Shown here: positions 1 to 6,938 of the stretch, in pieces
Position numbering within the stretch: position 1 is the stretch's first letter
Layout of the letters: every line of letters starts with the position of its first letter
From: a virus
Direction: 5' to 3' (one strand)
Virus record (IMG/VR): IMGVR_UViG_3300045988_121401
Length of the DNA stretch: 55,862 bases
The notes under the pieces: model-generated
What the model saw: only the letters and a program-made list of their open reading frames with translations
Databases searched by the model: none
Told to the model about the DNA's origin: nothing
Made by a program: the position numbers and the translations under genes

Positions 1-55
1 CACACCGCCCCGCTCGGGCACACCGCCCCGCTCGGGCACACCGCCCCGCTCGGGC
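1..55. repeat. Terminal repeat: 3 tandem 18-nt units CACACCGCCCCGCTCGGG plus C, identical to 55808-55862
   Basis: Direct reading: nt 1-55 equal nt 55808-55862 (55/55). Implies a circular or terminally redundant molecule, or an assembly overlap. Confidence 0.9.
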
Positions 56-91
56 TTGCACCCACACCGTATGTCGGCATACAGTAGAGGC
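56..91 (+). promoter_or_regulatory. Promoter-operator module P1 (leaderless): -35 TTGCAC 56-61, palindrome GTATGTCGGCATAC 69-82, -10 TACAGT 80-85
   Basis: 18-nt spacer. The -10 ends 6 nt before the A of ATG 92. Same architecture at 2305(+), 3576(-), 4084(-), 55146(+). Confidence 0.6.
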
Positions 92-886
92 ATGAGCAAT
101 GACATGAACCGCCCCGCCAACCAGCAGCCCGCCCCGCAGACCTCGACCGACCGCCCGACCGCCACCTACCCGACCGACCCCGCCGCCATCTGGGCCGACC
201 CCGCCGGCTACCCGACCGACTGGCTGGCCGACCGCACGCCGACGGCGACCTACCCGGCCGGTTACCCCCAGGCCGCCCAGGCCGCCCCCCATGTCACGAC
301 AAATGCCCCTCAGAACGAGGGGCCGATCCAGGACATGGGCCGCCCCGGCCCCCTGTCGCGCCCCTCCATGCGGTGGCACCCCTCCCTCATGCAGCTCGCC
401 ATCGGCGCGGCGGTGGCCCTCCTCGCCCTCACCAGCATGTGCCACCTCGCCACCGAGGGGATGGCCGACGCCGCCAGGCACTGCCACGAGCTGGCCGCGA
501 GCGACTGGGACCGCGCCGAGCGCGAGTGCCGTGGCGCCGGATCCGCCACCCCCGCCCCCGAGCAGATCCCCTCATCCCCACATACCCCCTCTCCCGCCCC
601 CTCTCAGGCCCCCTCGCCCTCCACCCCGCCAGCGTTCACGCGCGTTAACAACCCCTCCCCCTCCACTCAGCCCTCCTCATCCCCTCAGGACGCCCCCACC
701 TGGGTCACCCTCGACACCGGCGCTCCCTACGCGAAGGACGACCCCCACGCCTCGCCCCTGGCCCTGCCCCGCTGCACGACCTCCCCCTCCACCCCCCTGC
801 CCTGCCTGGCCTCCCTCAGCTCGGACGGATCCCGGGCCGTCGTCCTGGAGGAGGACGCCTCGCTGACCGGCCTGGTGCGCCGCTGA
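92..886 (+). CDS. Pro/Ser/Thr-rich membrane-anchored protein, function unknown
   Basis: ORF 56..886 trimmed to ATG 92 (MSNDMNRP...), 6 nt after the P1 -10. One hydrophobic helix LMQLAIGAAVALLALTSM. No domain recognised. Confidence 0.6.
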   Translation: MSNDMNRPANQQPAPQTSTDRPTATYPTDPAAIWADPAGYPTDWLADRTPTATYPAGYPQAAQAAPHVTTNAPQNEGPIQDMGRPGPLSRPSMRWHPSLMQLAIGAAVALLALTSMCHLATEGMADAARHCHELAASDWDRAERECRGAGSATPAPEQIPSSPHTPSPAPSQAPSPSTPPAFTRVNNPSPSTQPSSSPQDAPTWVTLDTGAPYAKDDPHASPLALPRCTTSPSTPLPCLASLSSDGSRAVVLEEDASLTGLVRR

Positions 887-943
887 CGACCGCCACCGCA
901 CAGCCGCTGACAGCCCCGCACAGCCTCTGGAAAGGATCCACCC

Positions 944-1090
944 ATGTCCCCCTACCGCCCCGCCCACCGTCGCCGCCCTACGCGCCTGCCAGACCCCTCA
1001 GACATCCTCCTCCTGGCCCTGACCGCCGCCACCCTCCTGGCGGCCGCCCTCGTCACAGGCGGCCTGGCGGCCCACCCGTTCGCCGGCTAG
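944..1090 (+). CDS. Small membrane protein (48 aa), hypothetical
   Basis: Below the ORF-track cutoff. ATG 944 is preceded by GGAAAGGA with a 7-nt spacer. Hydrophobic core ILLLALTAATLLAAALVTGGLAA. Stop TAG 1088-1090. Confidence 0.35.
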   Translation: MSPYRPAHRRRPTRLPDPSDILLLALTAATLLAAALVTGGLAAHPFAG

Positions 1091-1112
1091 CTCCCTGCCT
1101 GGCGGCTCACCC

Positions 1113-1147
1113 GCCCGGCCCCCGGCCTCCCCGGCCTCCCCGGCCTT
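1113..1147. repeat. Tandem 9-nt repeat CCGGCCTCC (about 3.8 copies)
   Basis: Read directly in non-coding DNA. Confidence 0.8.
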
Positions 1148-1648
1148 GCGCACACGTCGTCGCGCACCGAGGGCGTAGCGGGCACCCTGAGCCCGGGGCG
1201 GTTCGCGAGGGCGCAGCGCAGCAAGCCCGAGCGACACCCCGCCCCGTGGCGAACCGCCCCGCACAGCCCTCCCCTGCCAAGATGGCGTATGCCCGCCATG
1301 CTCCCGCCGGCCCCTCAGGGCCGGGCGGTAGGAGTATGGCGGCATGCGCTTTCCTTGGCAGGGCACTGAGCCTCATAGGGCGAGTGTTCGAGGGGCGTGT
1401 ATGCCATGGCTGCGCACCGGCTCGCCCAGGTGCTCGCGTCGCGGAGCGCAGCGACGCGCTGGCACCGTAGCGAGCGGGGTGCACCCTGGCATGCACGCAG
1501 CCGAGGGCGCTCGCGCGCAGCCGCGGCCGACCGGCAGGCCGCTAGGCCGGTCGGACGGGGGCAAGCAGGGGGCGGACCGCCTCAAGGACGGGACCGTCCG
1601 GCACCCCTGCCCCGCCATTTTGTGTGACCCGCGCCACGGCTAGCCTAT

Positions 1649-1704
1649 GGGACGGGTACGGGTGCGGCACCGGCGCACGGCTGGCCTAATCCCGTCCCGG
1701 TTTT
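1649..1704 (+). terminator. Hairpin GGGACGGG...CCCGTCCC followed by GGTTTTCTC
   Basis: 8-bp stem (1649-1656 / 1691-1698), 34-nt interior containing GGTGC-G-GCACC, T-run 1701-1704. No annotated gene lies immediately upstream. Confidence 0.35.
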
Positions 1705-1712
1705 CTCAGGCC

Positions 1713-1748
1713 GTTGCAATTGCAACGAAAAGTCCGTTATGTATACAT
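1713..1748. repeat. Palindromes GTTGCAATTGCAAC (1713-1726) and ATGTATACAT (1739-1748) flanking an AAAAGTCC motif (1728-1735)
   Basis: Perfect palindromes read directly. AAAAGTCC recurs at 3074 and 22194. Confidence 0.8.
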
Positions 1749-2057
1749 ACATCGCCCCACTTTTCCGCATCATCCCACCGCCGCCCCTCAGGCCCGCCTG
1801 CTCCGCCTCCCGGCTCGTCATCCTTCGCGGTTATCGGGGCGCGACGGGCTCCCCACGCCGCGGTACGTAGACGTCCTGGGGCGGTTCGGTACAGCTCGGC
1901 CGGCCCCTCGGCAGCCGGTCCGACAGCCCGGACCCCTCTCCCGGTCCGTAGTGGTTCCCAGGGATCTTTCAGGTTTCTCAGGGCTCTCCCAGGTTCGGCC
2001 CCCGCTGTACCTACAGGTATGTGAATGCAGTCACTCAAATTAATTTCTCAAAGTGAC

Positions 2058-2188
2058 GTATGCCTGGTTGCATGAGATCTGGGTCACATGTAACTTAGCA
2101 TACACTTGTCCGGTCAAGATGTATGCAGGGCATACGTACTTTCCGTTGGAATGGCGCGGTTGTATGCTAAGTTATAAGTTAACTTATA
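2058..2188. promoter_or_regulatory. AT-rich nested-palindrome region
   Basis: Elements: GTATGCCTGGTTGCATG (2058-2074); inverted repeat TAACTTAGCATAC (2091-2103) / GTATGCTAAGTTA (2162-2174); central GTATGCAGGGCATAC (2121-2135); 16-bp palindrome TATAAGTTAACTTATA (2173-2188). The local sequence is much more AT-rich than the rest of the genome. Confidence 0.6.
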
Positions 2189-2217
2189 GGCTTCCTCCCC
2201 CGTAGGGGGAGGAAGCC
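2189..2217. terminator. Hairpin GGCTTCCTCCCCC-GTA-GGGGGAGGAAGCC (13-bp stem)
   Basis: Perfect stem, no clear U-tract on either strand. Same CCTCCCC/GGGGAGG core as the hairpins at 2976 and 22691. Confidence 0.5.
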
Positions 2218-2255
2218 ATAACTATAGAAACTACCTGTGGCTGGCGCCACACTAC

Positions 2256-2275
2256 GTTCCCAGGATGTTCCCAGG
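2256..2275. repeat. Direct repeat GTTCCCAGG x2 (11-nt period); related TTCCCAGG / TCCCAGG at 1955 and 1987
   Basis: Read directly. Lies about 30 nt upstream of the P2 -35. Confidence 0.7.
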
Positions 2276-2304
2276 TTCCGTCCACGCCGCCGCCTCTGCC
2301 CGGC

Positions 2305-2340
2305 TTGCGCCCCGCCCGGTATGCCTGCATACTTCTCCCC
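2305..2340 (+). promoter_or_regulatory. Promoter-operator module P2 (leaderless): -35 TTGCGC 2305-2310, palindrome GTATGCCTGCATAC 2319-2332, -10 CATACT 2328-2333
   Basis: 17-nt spacer. The -10 ends 7 nt before ATG 2341. Confidence 0.55.
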
Positions 2341-2829
2341 ATGAGCAACCGCTACTCCCTCAGCCAGACCGACAGCCCTCGAACCACCTACCGCGTCATC
2401 GACCACTCCCGCGACGACGAGCCGGCCCTGCACCCGGCCACCCTGCCCAGCGGCGCCCCGCACCCGCTGGCCGGTCAGCCGGCCTCCGTCGTCACCTCCC
2501 CGTCCCGGGCCTACCGCGTGCAGGGGGAGGGGCGGGCCCGGACTTGGGCCGAACTGGGCGGCTACGCCGTCGCCGTCATCGAGCAGGTCCCCGCGTGGGC
2601 CTCGGCCCCGGCGAGCACGGTCCTGCGCGAGGACCCTCACGCCTTCGACGGGATCCCGGAGGAGCTGGTCCTCTCCGCCGCCGGCGGGCTGTCGGTCCGA
2701 ACCTGGTTCGCCGCCCTCACCTCCACGGGCGCCCACCGGCTGCCCCGCTGGCAGGACCGCTACGCGGCCGCCGCCGCCCACGCCCCGTCGGCCCGTCTCG
2801 CCCTGAGACGCCTCCTAACCGCCCTGTAA
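2341..2829 (+). CDS. Hypothetical protein (162 aa)
   Basis: ORF 2305..2829 trimmed to ATG 2341 (MSNRYSLSQ...) by module P2. No domain recognised. Confidence 0.6.
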   Translation: MSNRYSLSQTDSPRTTYRVIDHSRDDEPALHPATLPSGAPHPLAGQPASVVTSPSRAYRVQGEGRARTWAELGGYAVAVIEQVPAWASAPASTVLREDPHAFDGIPEELVLSAAGGLSVRTWFAALTSTGAHRLPRWQDRYAAAAAHAPSARLALRRLLTAL

Positions 2830-2848
2830 GCCTCTCTGACGGCCTAAC
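2825..2848 (+). repeat. 24-nt perfect direct repeat TGTAAGCCTCTCTGACGGCCTAAC, copy 1 (starts in the stop codon of 2341..2829)
   Basis: Identical to 3015-3038. Related inverted copy at 22205-22228. Confidence 0.9.
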
Positions 2849-2975
2849 ACCCTCGCCCCGGTACCTGCACCTAGGTCCCGGGGCGCTGTGCCGTCTACGG
2901 CGCTCTGATGAGCTGCGAGGGACGTGGCTGCTGCCGGCGGCTCTCCTCTACCTGCGCCGGCCCGGCCCGAGCCGC

Positions 2976-2996
2976 CCTCCCGCCTTCGGCGGGAGG
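2976..2996 (+). terminator. Hairpin CCTCCCGCC-TTC-GGCGGGAGG (9-bp stem)
   Basis: Read directly, downstream of plus-strand gene 2341..2829. No U-tract. Confidence 0.4.
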
Positions 2997-3014
2997 CACG
3001 CCCCCTTCAGGCCG

Positions 3015-3038
3015 TGTAAGCCTCTCTGACGGCCTAAC
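3015..3038 (+). repeat. 24-nt perfect direct repeat TGTAAGCCTCTCTGACGGCCTAAC, copy 2
   Basis: Identical to 2825-2848. Its CTCTGACGG (3024-3032) can pair with CCGTCAGAG (3080-3088). Confidence 0.9.
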
Positions 3039-3180
3039 GGCCCCGCACCCGTATGACGGCCCTGCCCGGCCCTAAAAGTCCGTCAGAGGGGCTCCTAGAC
3101 CCCTTCACGGGCATGAAAAGGCCCCGCCCACCTCTCCGGTGGACGGGGCTCTCCGTCAGGGTGCCTGCGAGGCGCTCCCG

Positions 3181-3540
3181 TCAGGCGGGCAGGGGGGCCT
3201 CGAAGTGCTGCACGAGGGCGTCCAGCACGTCGGCCATGCCGCCGGCGACCTCACGGCCACCGCGCTCGCGGCCGGTCATCCGGGCCACGATCCGGCCATC
3301 CTCGACCCGCATGCGGGCCTGGAGCGGGCTGTGCTCCTTGATGAGGCCGATCCGGCCGGTGCGCCACTCGTTGACCCGGGTCAGGTCGAGGGATGCGGAG
3401 GCGGTGGCGGCGATCACTTTCATCTGGTCGGTCAGCTGGTCGTCGGTCAGGGTGGGGGTGAGGTCAGTGGTCTGGGTCACAGTGGGCTCCTGGGGGGTGA
3501 GGTGGTCGGTGGGCTGCTGGGCGGTTCGTGAATCGATCAT
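3181..3540 (-). CDS. Hypothetical protein (119 aa)
   Basis: ORF 3181..3576 trimmed to ATG 3540 (MIDSRTAQQ...), 6 nt after the -10 of module P3. Confidence 0.6.
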   Translation of the reverse strand: MIDSRTAQQPTDHLTPQEPTVTQTTDLTPTLTDDQLTDQMKVIAATASASLDLTRVNEWRTGRIGLIKEHSPLQARMRVEDGRIVARMTGRERGGREVAGGMADVLDALVQHFEAPLPA

Positions 3541-3576
3541 GGCTACAGCGTATGCCGGCATACGGTCGGGGCGCAA
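3541..3576 (-). promoter_or_regulatory. Promoter-operator module P3 (leaderless): -35 TTGCGC (3576-3571), palindrome GTATGCCGGCATAC 3550-3563, -10 TACGCT (3552-3547)
   Basis: 18-nt spacer. The -10 ends 6 nt before ATG 3540. Confidence 0.6.
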
Positions 3577-3586
3577 GCCGGGGCTC

Positions 3587-4048
3587 TCAGGCGGCCGACG
3601 GGCCCCGCTCGCTCACCCAGCCGCCGCGGCCGGGCACCCGGCCGGGCATGCGCGCCGGGCCTGTGACGTCCTCGCTGCCGAGCAGGACGTCCGGGCTGTC
3701 CGTGGCGGGGGTCAGGGCGCGGCCGTCGCTGTGGCGTGGTGCCCACAGGCCGCTGCCGCCCTCGTCGTGGCAGCGGGGCGAGCGGGGGGCGTGCTTGCAG
3801 GTGGCGCTGTCCGCGCCCCGCCCGACTGAGGGGTCCAAGAGCGGGACGGCCGCGGCGGTCGAGGAGCGCGGGCCCGCCTTCGGAGCGGAGGTCCCCTCCA
3901 GGTAGCAGGCCAGGGCGACCACGGCGACGGTGACGAGGATGGTGACTACCGCCGCAGCGATGGCGGCGACGAACATGGCCGCAAGGCTGGGGCGGCTGGC
4001 GGGGTGGGCGTGGCGGGCGATCGGGCGGGCTGTGCGGTTCGTTCTCAT
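3587..4048 (-). CDS. Membrane protein (153 aa), function unknown
   Basis: ORF 3587..4084 trimmed to ATG 4048 (MRTNRTARP...). TM helix MFVAAIAAAVVTILVTVAVVALACYL. Confidence 0.55.
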   Translation of the reverse strand: MRTNRTARPIARHAHPASRPSLAAMFVAAIAAAVVTILVTVAVVALACYLEGTSAPKAGPRSSTAAAVPLLDPSVGRGADSATCKHAPRSPRCHDEGGSGLWAPRHSDGRALTPATDSPDVLLGSEDVTGPARMPGRVPGRGGWVSERGPSAA

Positions 4049-4084
4049 GGCTCCAGTGTATGAACGCATACGCCCCGCCGGCAA
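4049..4084 (-). promoter_or_regulatory. Promoter-operator module P4 (leaderless): -35 TTGCCG (4084-4079), palindrome 4058-4071, -10 TACACT (4060-4055)
   Basis: 18-nt spacer. The -10 ends 6 nt before ATG 4048. Confidence 0.6.
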
Positions 4085-4120
4085 GCCGCTGGCGGGGCGT
4101 ATTCAGTGAGGTGGGTCACC

Positions 4121-4702
4121 CTAGAAGACCTTGGCCTGGTACAGGACCTCCTGCACCCGGCCCGCGTCTCGCCCGTGGACGCGCAACGCGCCGTTATCCG
4201 GGTTGAGCTCGACGGCGGCGACGGCCTGACCGCCCCATGGACGGACCTCCCGCAGGACGAGGCGGGGCCCGAGCCTCTCGGCCAGGTAACCGGCCACCCT
4301 CAGTACGGTCTCGGCCTCCCGCATCCTGCGCTCCCCGCACCCCAGGCGGATGACGAGGGGGAGGACGTAGATGATGGTGGGGTGCTCCTCCGGGCCCCCG
4401 GGGCAGTCCATGCGGAGGGGGCCTACGGAAGCCCACGGCCTGGGCTCGCTGCCCCCGTGGGTGAGTCGGGCCGAGTACCCCCGCACAGCGCCGGACGTCG
4501 TCAGGTGGGCGGTCACCTCGACCCGACCGTCCTCCCCGTCCCGCACGGTGACGGAGTGGTCCCCGTAGCGGGCGTAGTCGGCCCGAGGCTCCGGCAGGCG
4601 ACGCGTGGGGCCGAGGACGTCGCGCAGGACGTCCAGCAGCTCGACGGCGATGCGGTCGACCTTCTCGACGTAGGTCTCAGTGCCAATCTCAGTGTTGCTC
4701 AT
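4121..4702 (-). CDS. Hypothetical protein (193 aa)
   Basis: Long ORF, AAGGAA upstream of the ATG, plausible composition. No domain recognised. Confidence 0.65.
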   Translation of the reverse strand: MSNTEIGTETYVEKVDRIAVELLDVLRDVLGPTRRLPEPRADYARYGDHSVTVRDGEDGRVEVTAHLTTSGAVRGYSARLTHGGSEPRPWASVGPLRMDCPGGPEEHPTIIYVLPLVIRLGCGERRMREAETVLRVAGYLAERLGPRLVLREVRPWGGQAVAAVELNPDNGALRVHGRDAGRVQEVLYQAKVF

Positions 4703-4748
4703 GTCACATTCCTTTTGTGAGTTGTGTGGTCGGCTACGTACAAGATAA

Positions 4749-4780
4749 GGCTAGCGCCGCCTCTCAGGGCGGCGCTAGCC
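4749..4780 (-). terminator. Hairpin GGCTAGCGCCGCC-loop-GGCGGCGCTAGCC (13-bp stem)
   Basis: Directly downstream of 4810..5577. Followed on the minus strand by TTATCTT. Confidence 0.6.
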
Positions 4781-4809
4781 CGGTTATCCCCACATTTCAG
4801 TGACCCCGA

Positions 4810-5577
4810 TCACTCACCTCCCCGACTCAGCCGATCGATCTGCCGGTCTAGGTACTGGCGGGCCTTGCGCAGGTCCTCCAGCCGCTTCTCCTCGCCGCCC
4901 TTACGGCCCTGCCGCAGCAGGTACTTGCCGCAGTTCCACAGCAGCGGGTCGGACGGGAAGGCGGCGTCGAGCACGTCCCACGACTCGACGTTGACCGCAT
5001 CGCTCAGACCGAGTGCGGCGAGCGACTGGCCGAGCCACGTGTAGTGGCCGGGGGACTCTACGGCCTCCCCCGCGCCGGCCGCGGTCTGAACGGCCGGCGT
5101 CGGCGGCCCGTAGTCCTCCCAGATCTCCAGGTAGCGGCGGCTCGGGGTACCCCACTCGGAGAACCCCTTCTCGCGGTAGGCGGGCTCCAGGCTCTCCGGG
5201 ACGTACAGGGTCACGTCACCGTAGCCGTAGGGGTTCTGGGTCGGGTCGTCCAGGCCCGCCGGAGGTGTGGGTGAGGACCAGTAGAGCCGGCGAGGTCTTC
5301 CCGGGGGATCAGGAATCTGGTCCAATTTCTCAACGTACTCGTCGGGAAGGGTGAGCTGGACGTTTGGCTTGAGGCCCTCGCGGACCTCAAGCCAGGCACC
5401 CTCCCCCAGGTAGATCTCGATGTCGGGGTCCAGGCTCGGAAAGGTCTCCCGATCTATGACGTAGGTACCGTCCTCCAGGAGGATGCGGCCCCCGCCCTCG
5501 GCCAAGATCTCGCGGTACGCGTCCACGAGGGAGTCGGTATCTCGCACCAGCCGGTCAAACGATCCGTACCTGCTCAT
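4810..5577 (-). CDS. Protein with C-terminal DUF3310-like domain
   Basis: The C-terminus LLWNCGKYLLRQGRKGGEEKRLEDLRKARQYLDRQI resembles the phage DUF3310 signature (recalled, not searched). Confidence 0.65.
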   Translation of the reverse strand: MSRYGSFDRLVRDTDSLVDAYREILAEGGGRILLEDGTYVIDRETFPSLDPDIEIYLGEGAWLEVREGLKPNVQLTLPDEYVEKLDQIPDPPGRPRRLYWSSPTPPAGLDDPTQNPYGYGDVTLYVPESLEPAYREKGFSEWGTPSRRYLEIWEDYGPPTPAVQTAAGAGEAVESPGHYTWLGQSLAALGLSDAVNVESWDVLDAAFPSDPLLWNCGKYLLRQGRKGGEEKRLEDLRKARQYLDRQIDRLSRGGE

Positions 5578-5714
5578 GAGACGTCCTTTCGGGTGGTCGA
5601 GGTGTGCGGGCCGCCTAGGCGGCGCTCCCGCGAGGAGCGGATGCGCTCTCCGAGCGCGAAGATCGGCAGGCCGATGGCCAGGGCGGCGGTGGCGGCGGCG
5701 AGTGAGGCAGTCAT
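5574..5714 (-). CDS. Small membrane protein (46 aa)
   Basis: ATGA overlaps at both ends (5711-5714 and 5574-5577). MTASLAAATAALAIGLPIFALGE... Confidence 0.45.
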   Translation of the reverse strand: MTASLAAATAALAIGLPIFALGERIRSSRERRLGGPHTSTTRKDVS

Positions 5715-5983
5715 GACGCTGCCCCGTCCCGGGAGGCCATCCACGTTGTCACGGCCTCCAGGGCGGAGGCGCCGAACGCGGCGGGTATCGTCATGCCGGT
5801 CGGGTAGACGCCCCAGCAGCGCTGTCCGCAGCGCTTCAGCTGGGCGACTGCCTGCCCGTCCTCGTAGACGAGGCACGTCCTGGCCTCGTGCAGGGTGCTC
5901 GCGTCGAGCGGCTTGATTCGCGCCTGGGGGTGATGGAAGACGCGGGTCCAGGTGGTCTTGGTCGGTGAGGTCTCGGTGCTCAT
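5711..5983 (-). CDS. Hypothetical protein (90 aa)
   Basis: First ORF downstream of promoter P6, with AGCGAGGAAAC before the ATG. Confidence 0.6.
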   Translation of the reverse strand: MSTETSPTKTTWTRVFHHPQARIKPLDASTLHEARTCLVYEDGQAVAQLKRCGQRCWGVYPTGMTIPAAFGASALEAVTTWMASRDGAAS

Positions 5984-6010
5984 GTTTCCTCGCTAAGTGG
6001 TTGTAGGTGC

Positions 6011-6054
6011 GGGCTTGCCCTAAGCGTATGACGGCATACGTCCCAGGGCAAGCC
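6011..6054 (-). promoter_or_regulatory. Promoter-operator module P6: -35 TTGCCC (6051-6046), palindrome GTATGACGGCATAC 6026-6039, -10 TACGCT (6028-6023), nested in inverted repeat GGGCTTGCCC/GGGCAAGCCC
   Basis: 17-nt spacer. About 36-nt leader to ATG 5983. The flanking 10-bp inverted repeat could also act as the terminator of 6063..6542. Confidence 0.55.
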
Positions 6055-6062
6055 CGAATCGG

Positions 6063-6542
6063 TCAGATCAGTGTGAGAGGCGTCTCCTCCCCGGCGTCGA
6101 TCTTCGGCGGCTTACGCTTCCACTGACCGAGGACCTTGTCCACGGTCTGCCGGGTCATGCCTGAGACCGAGCTGAGGACGGACTTCGACACACCGCGCGA
6201 GTACGCGGCCAAGACCTCCTGCTGAAGCGCAGCGCGGGCGAGCTTCGCGTCCCGGCGGGCCTTGCGGTCGAGCCGGGCGGCCTCCTCCAGAGGGTCATCG
6301 AGAGGGGGCTCAGGCTCCAGGTCGTCGGTCTGAGAGGTAGGTAGCCGCTGCTCCAGAGCGTGGGCGCGCTCCTGAGAGTCCCCCAAGGCCTTCGCCTGCT
6401 GGACGGTCAGCAAGAGCAGCTTGCGCAGGTCCTCGACCATCTTGCGCTCGGCGTCGATCCCGAAGGCCCCGCGGTAGCCCTTGCCGTTGGCCCAGTCCTC
6501 CAGGCGCTTAGGCAGGTCTGCTACATCGTTGATGGATGTCAT
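6063..6542 (-). CDS. DNA-binding protein with C-terminal helix-turn-helix
   Basis: C-terminal GVSKSVLSSVSGMTRQTVDKVL reads as an HTH. ATAGGAGACACCT lies before the ATG. Confidence 0.6.
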   Translation of the reverse strand: MTSINDVADLPKRLEDWANGKGYRGAFGIDAERKMVEDLRKLLLLTVQQAKALGDSQERAHALEQRLPTSQTDDLEPEPPLDDPLEEAARLDRKARRDAKLARAALQQEVLAAYSRGVSKSVLSSVSGMTRQTVDKVLGQWKRKPPKIDAGEETPLTLI

Positions 6543-6551
6543 AGGTGTCTC

Positions 6552-6938
6552 CTATAGGAATTTGGTGAATGAATACTGATCGGCAGGCACTATGGCCCAC
6601 CACGAGTGCCTGGGCCGCTGGTAGTTCTCGGCCGATGTGCGGACTTTGTCCAGAACCTCCCGCATGTCTCTCAGACCGGAGAAACTCTTCCGAGCCTCGC
6701 CGTCCTTGGAGATCTCCACGGTAATCCCAGAATAGTTCCGGTCAAGGCGTACCAGGAAACCGCCGTCCCGTAATGTCAGGGCCCGCGCCCCTGTCGTCAG
6801 TACCGGGGAAGCGGTCTTTAGACGTAGTTTGAGACCGTTCCAGAAGGCTATGTACGCCAGATCGAGGGCGGCTGAGTAGCTGATCTTCAGATGACGGGCG
6901 ACGAAGAGTCCGGTCACCCTCGGTAATATGTTCAGCAC
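6552..6938 (-). CDS. Hypothetical protein (128 aa), lower-GC cassette
   Basis: ORF overlapping its upstream neighbour by 7 nt. No domain recognised. Confidence 0.6.
   Translation of the reverse strand: MLNILPRVTGLFVARHLKISYSAALDLAYIAFWNGLKLRLKTASPVLTTGARALTLRDGGFLVRLDRNYSGITVEISKDGEARKSFSGLRDMREVLDKVRTSAENYQRPRHSWWAIVPADQYSFTKFL

Noticed and set aside
1-54. Possible CRISPR array among the tandem repeats (18-mers, and the 9-11-mers near 55.1-55.8 kb and 1.1 kb).
   Set aside because: The units are directly adjacent with no spacers and are far shorter than CRISPR repeats. No cas genes are present.
56-91. Upstream-extended starts given in the ORF track for five genes (56, 2305, 3576, 4084, 55074).
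   Set aside because: The extensions translate the promoter and palindrome itself (…RMSAY, RYACI, RMPAY, RMRSY, GMPAY). The conserved ATG exactly 6-7 nt after the -10 is the better start.
1649-1698. 8-bp GGGACGGG/CCCGTCCC stem resembling a tRNA acceptor stem.
   Set aside because: It spans only about 50 nt, too short for a tRNA. Kept as a possible terminator hairpin.
998-2043. Stack of overlapping 70-130-aa ORFs on both strands in the 1.1-2.0 kb region.
   Set aside because: Same low-complexity composition, mutual overlap and no translation signals. Treated as non-coding.
2058-2217. attP interpretation of the nested palindromes.
   Set aside because: No integrase gene was found in the window. 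Kept only as one of several hypotheses in the findings.
3073-3093. AAAAGTCC motifs (1728, 3074, 22194) resembling the RNase P GAAAGUCC conserved region.
   Set aside because: None of the other RNase P conserved regions is present nearby. More likely part of the phage-specific repeated module.
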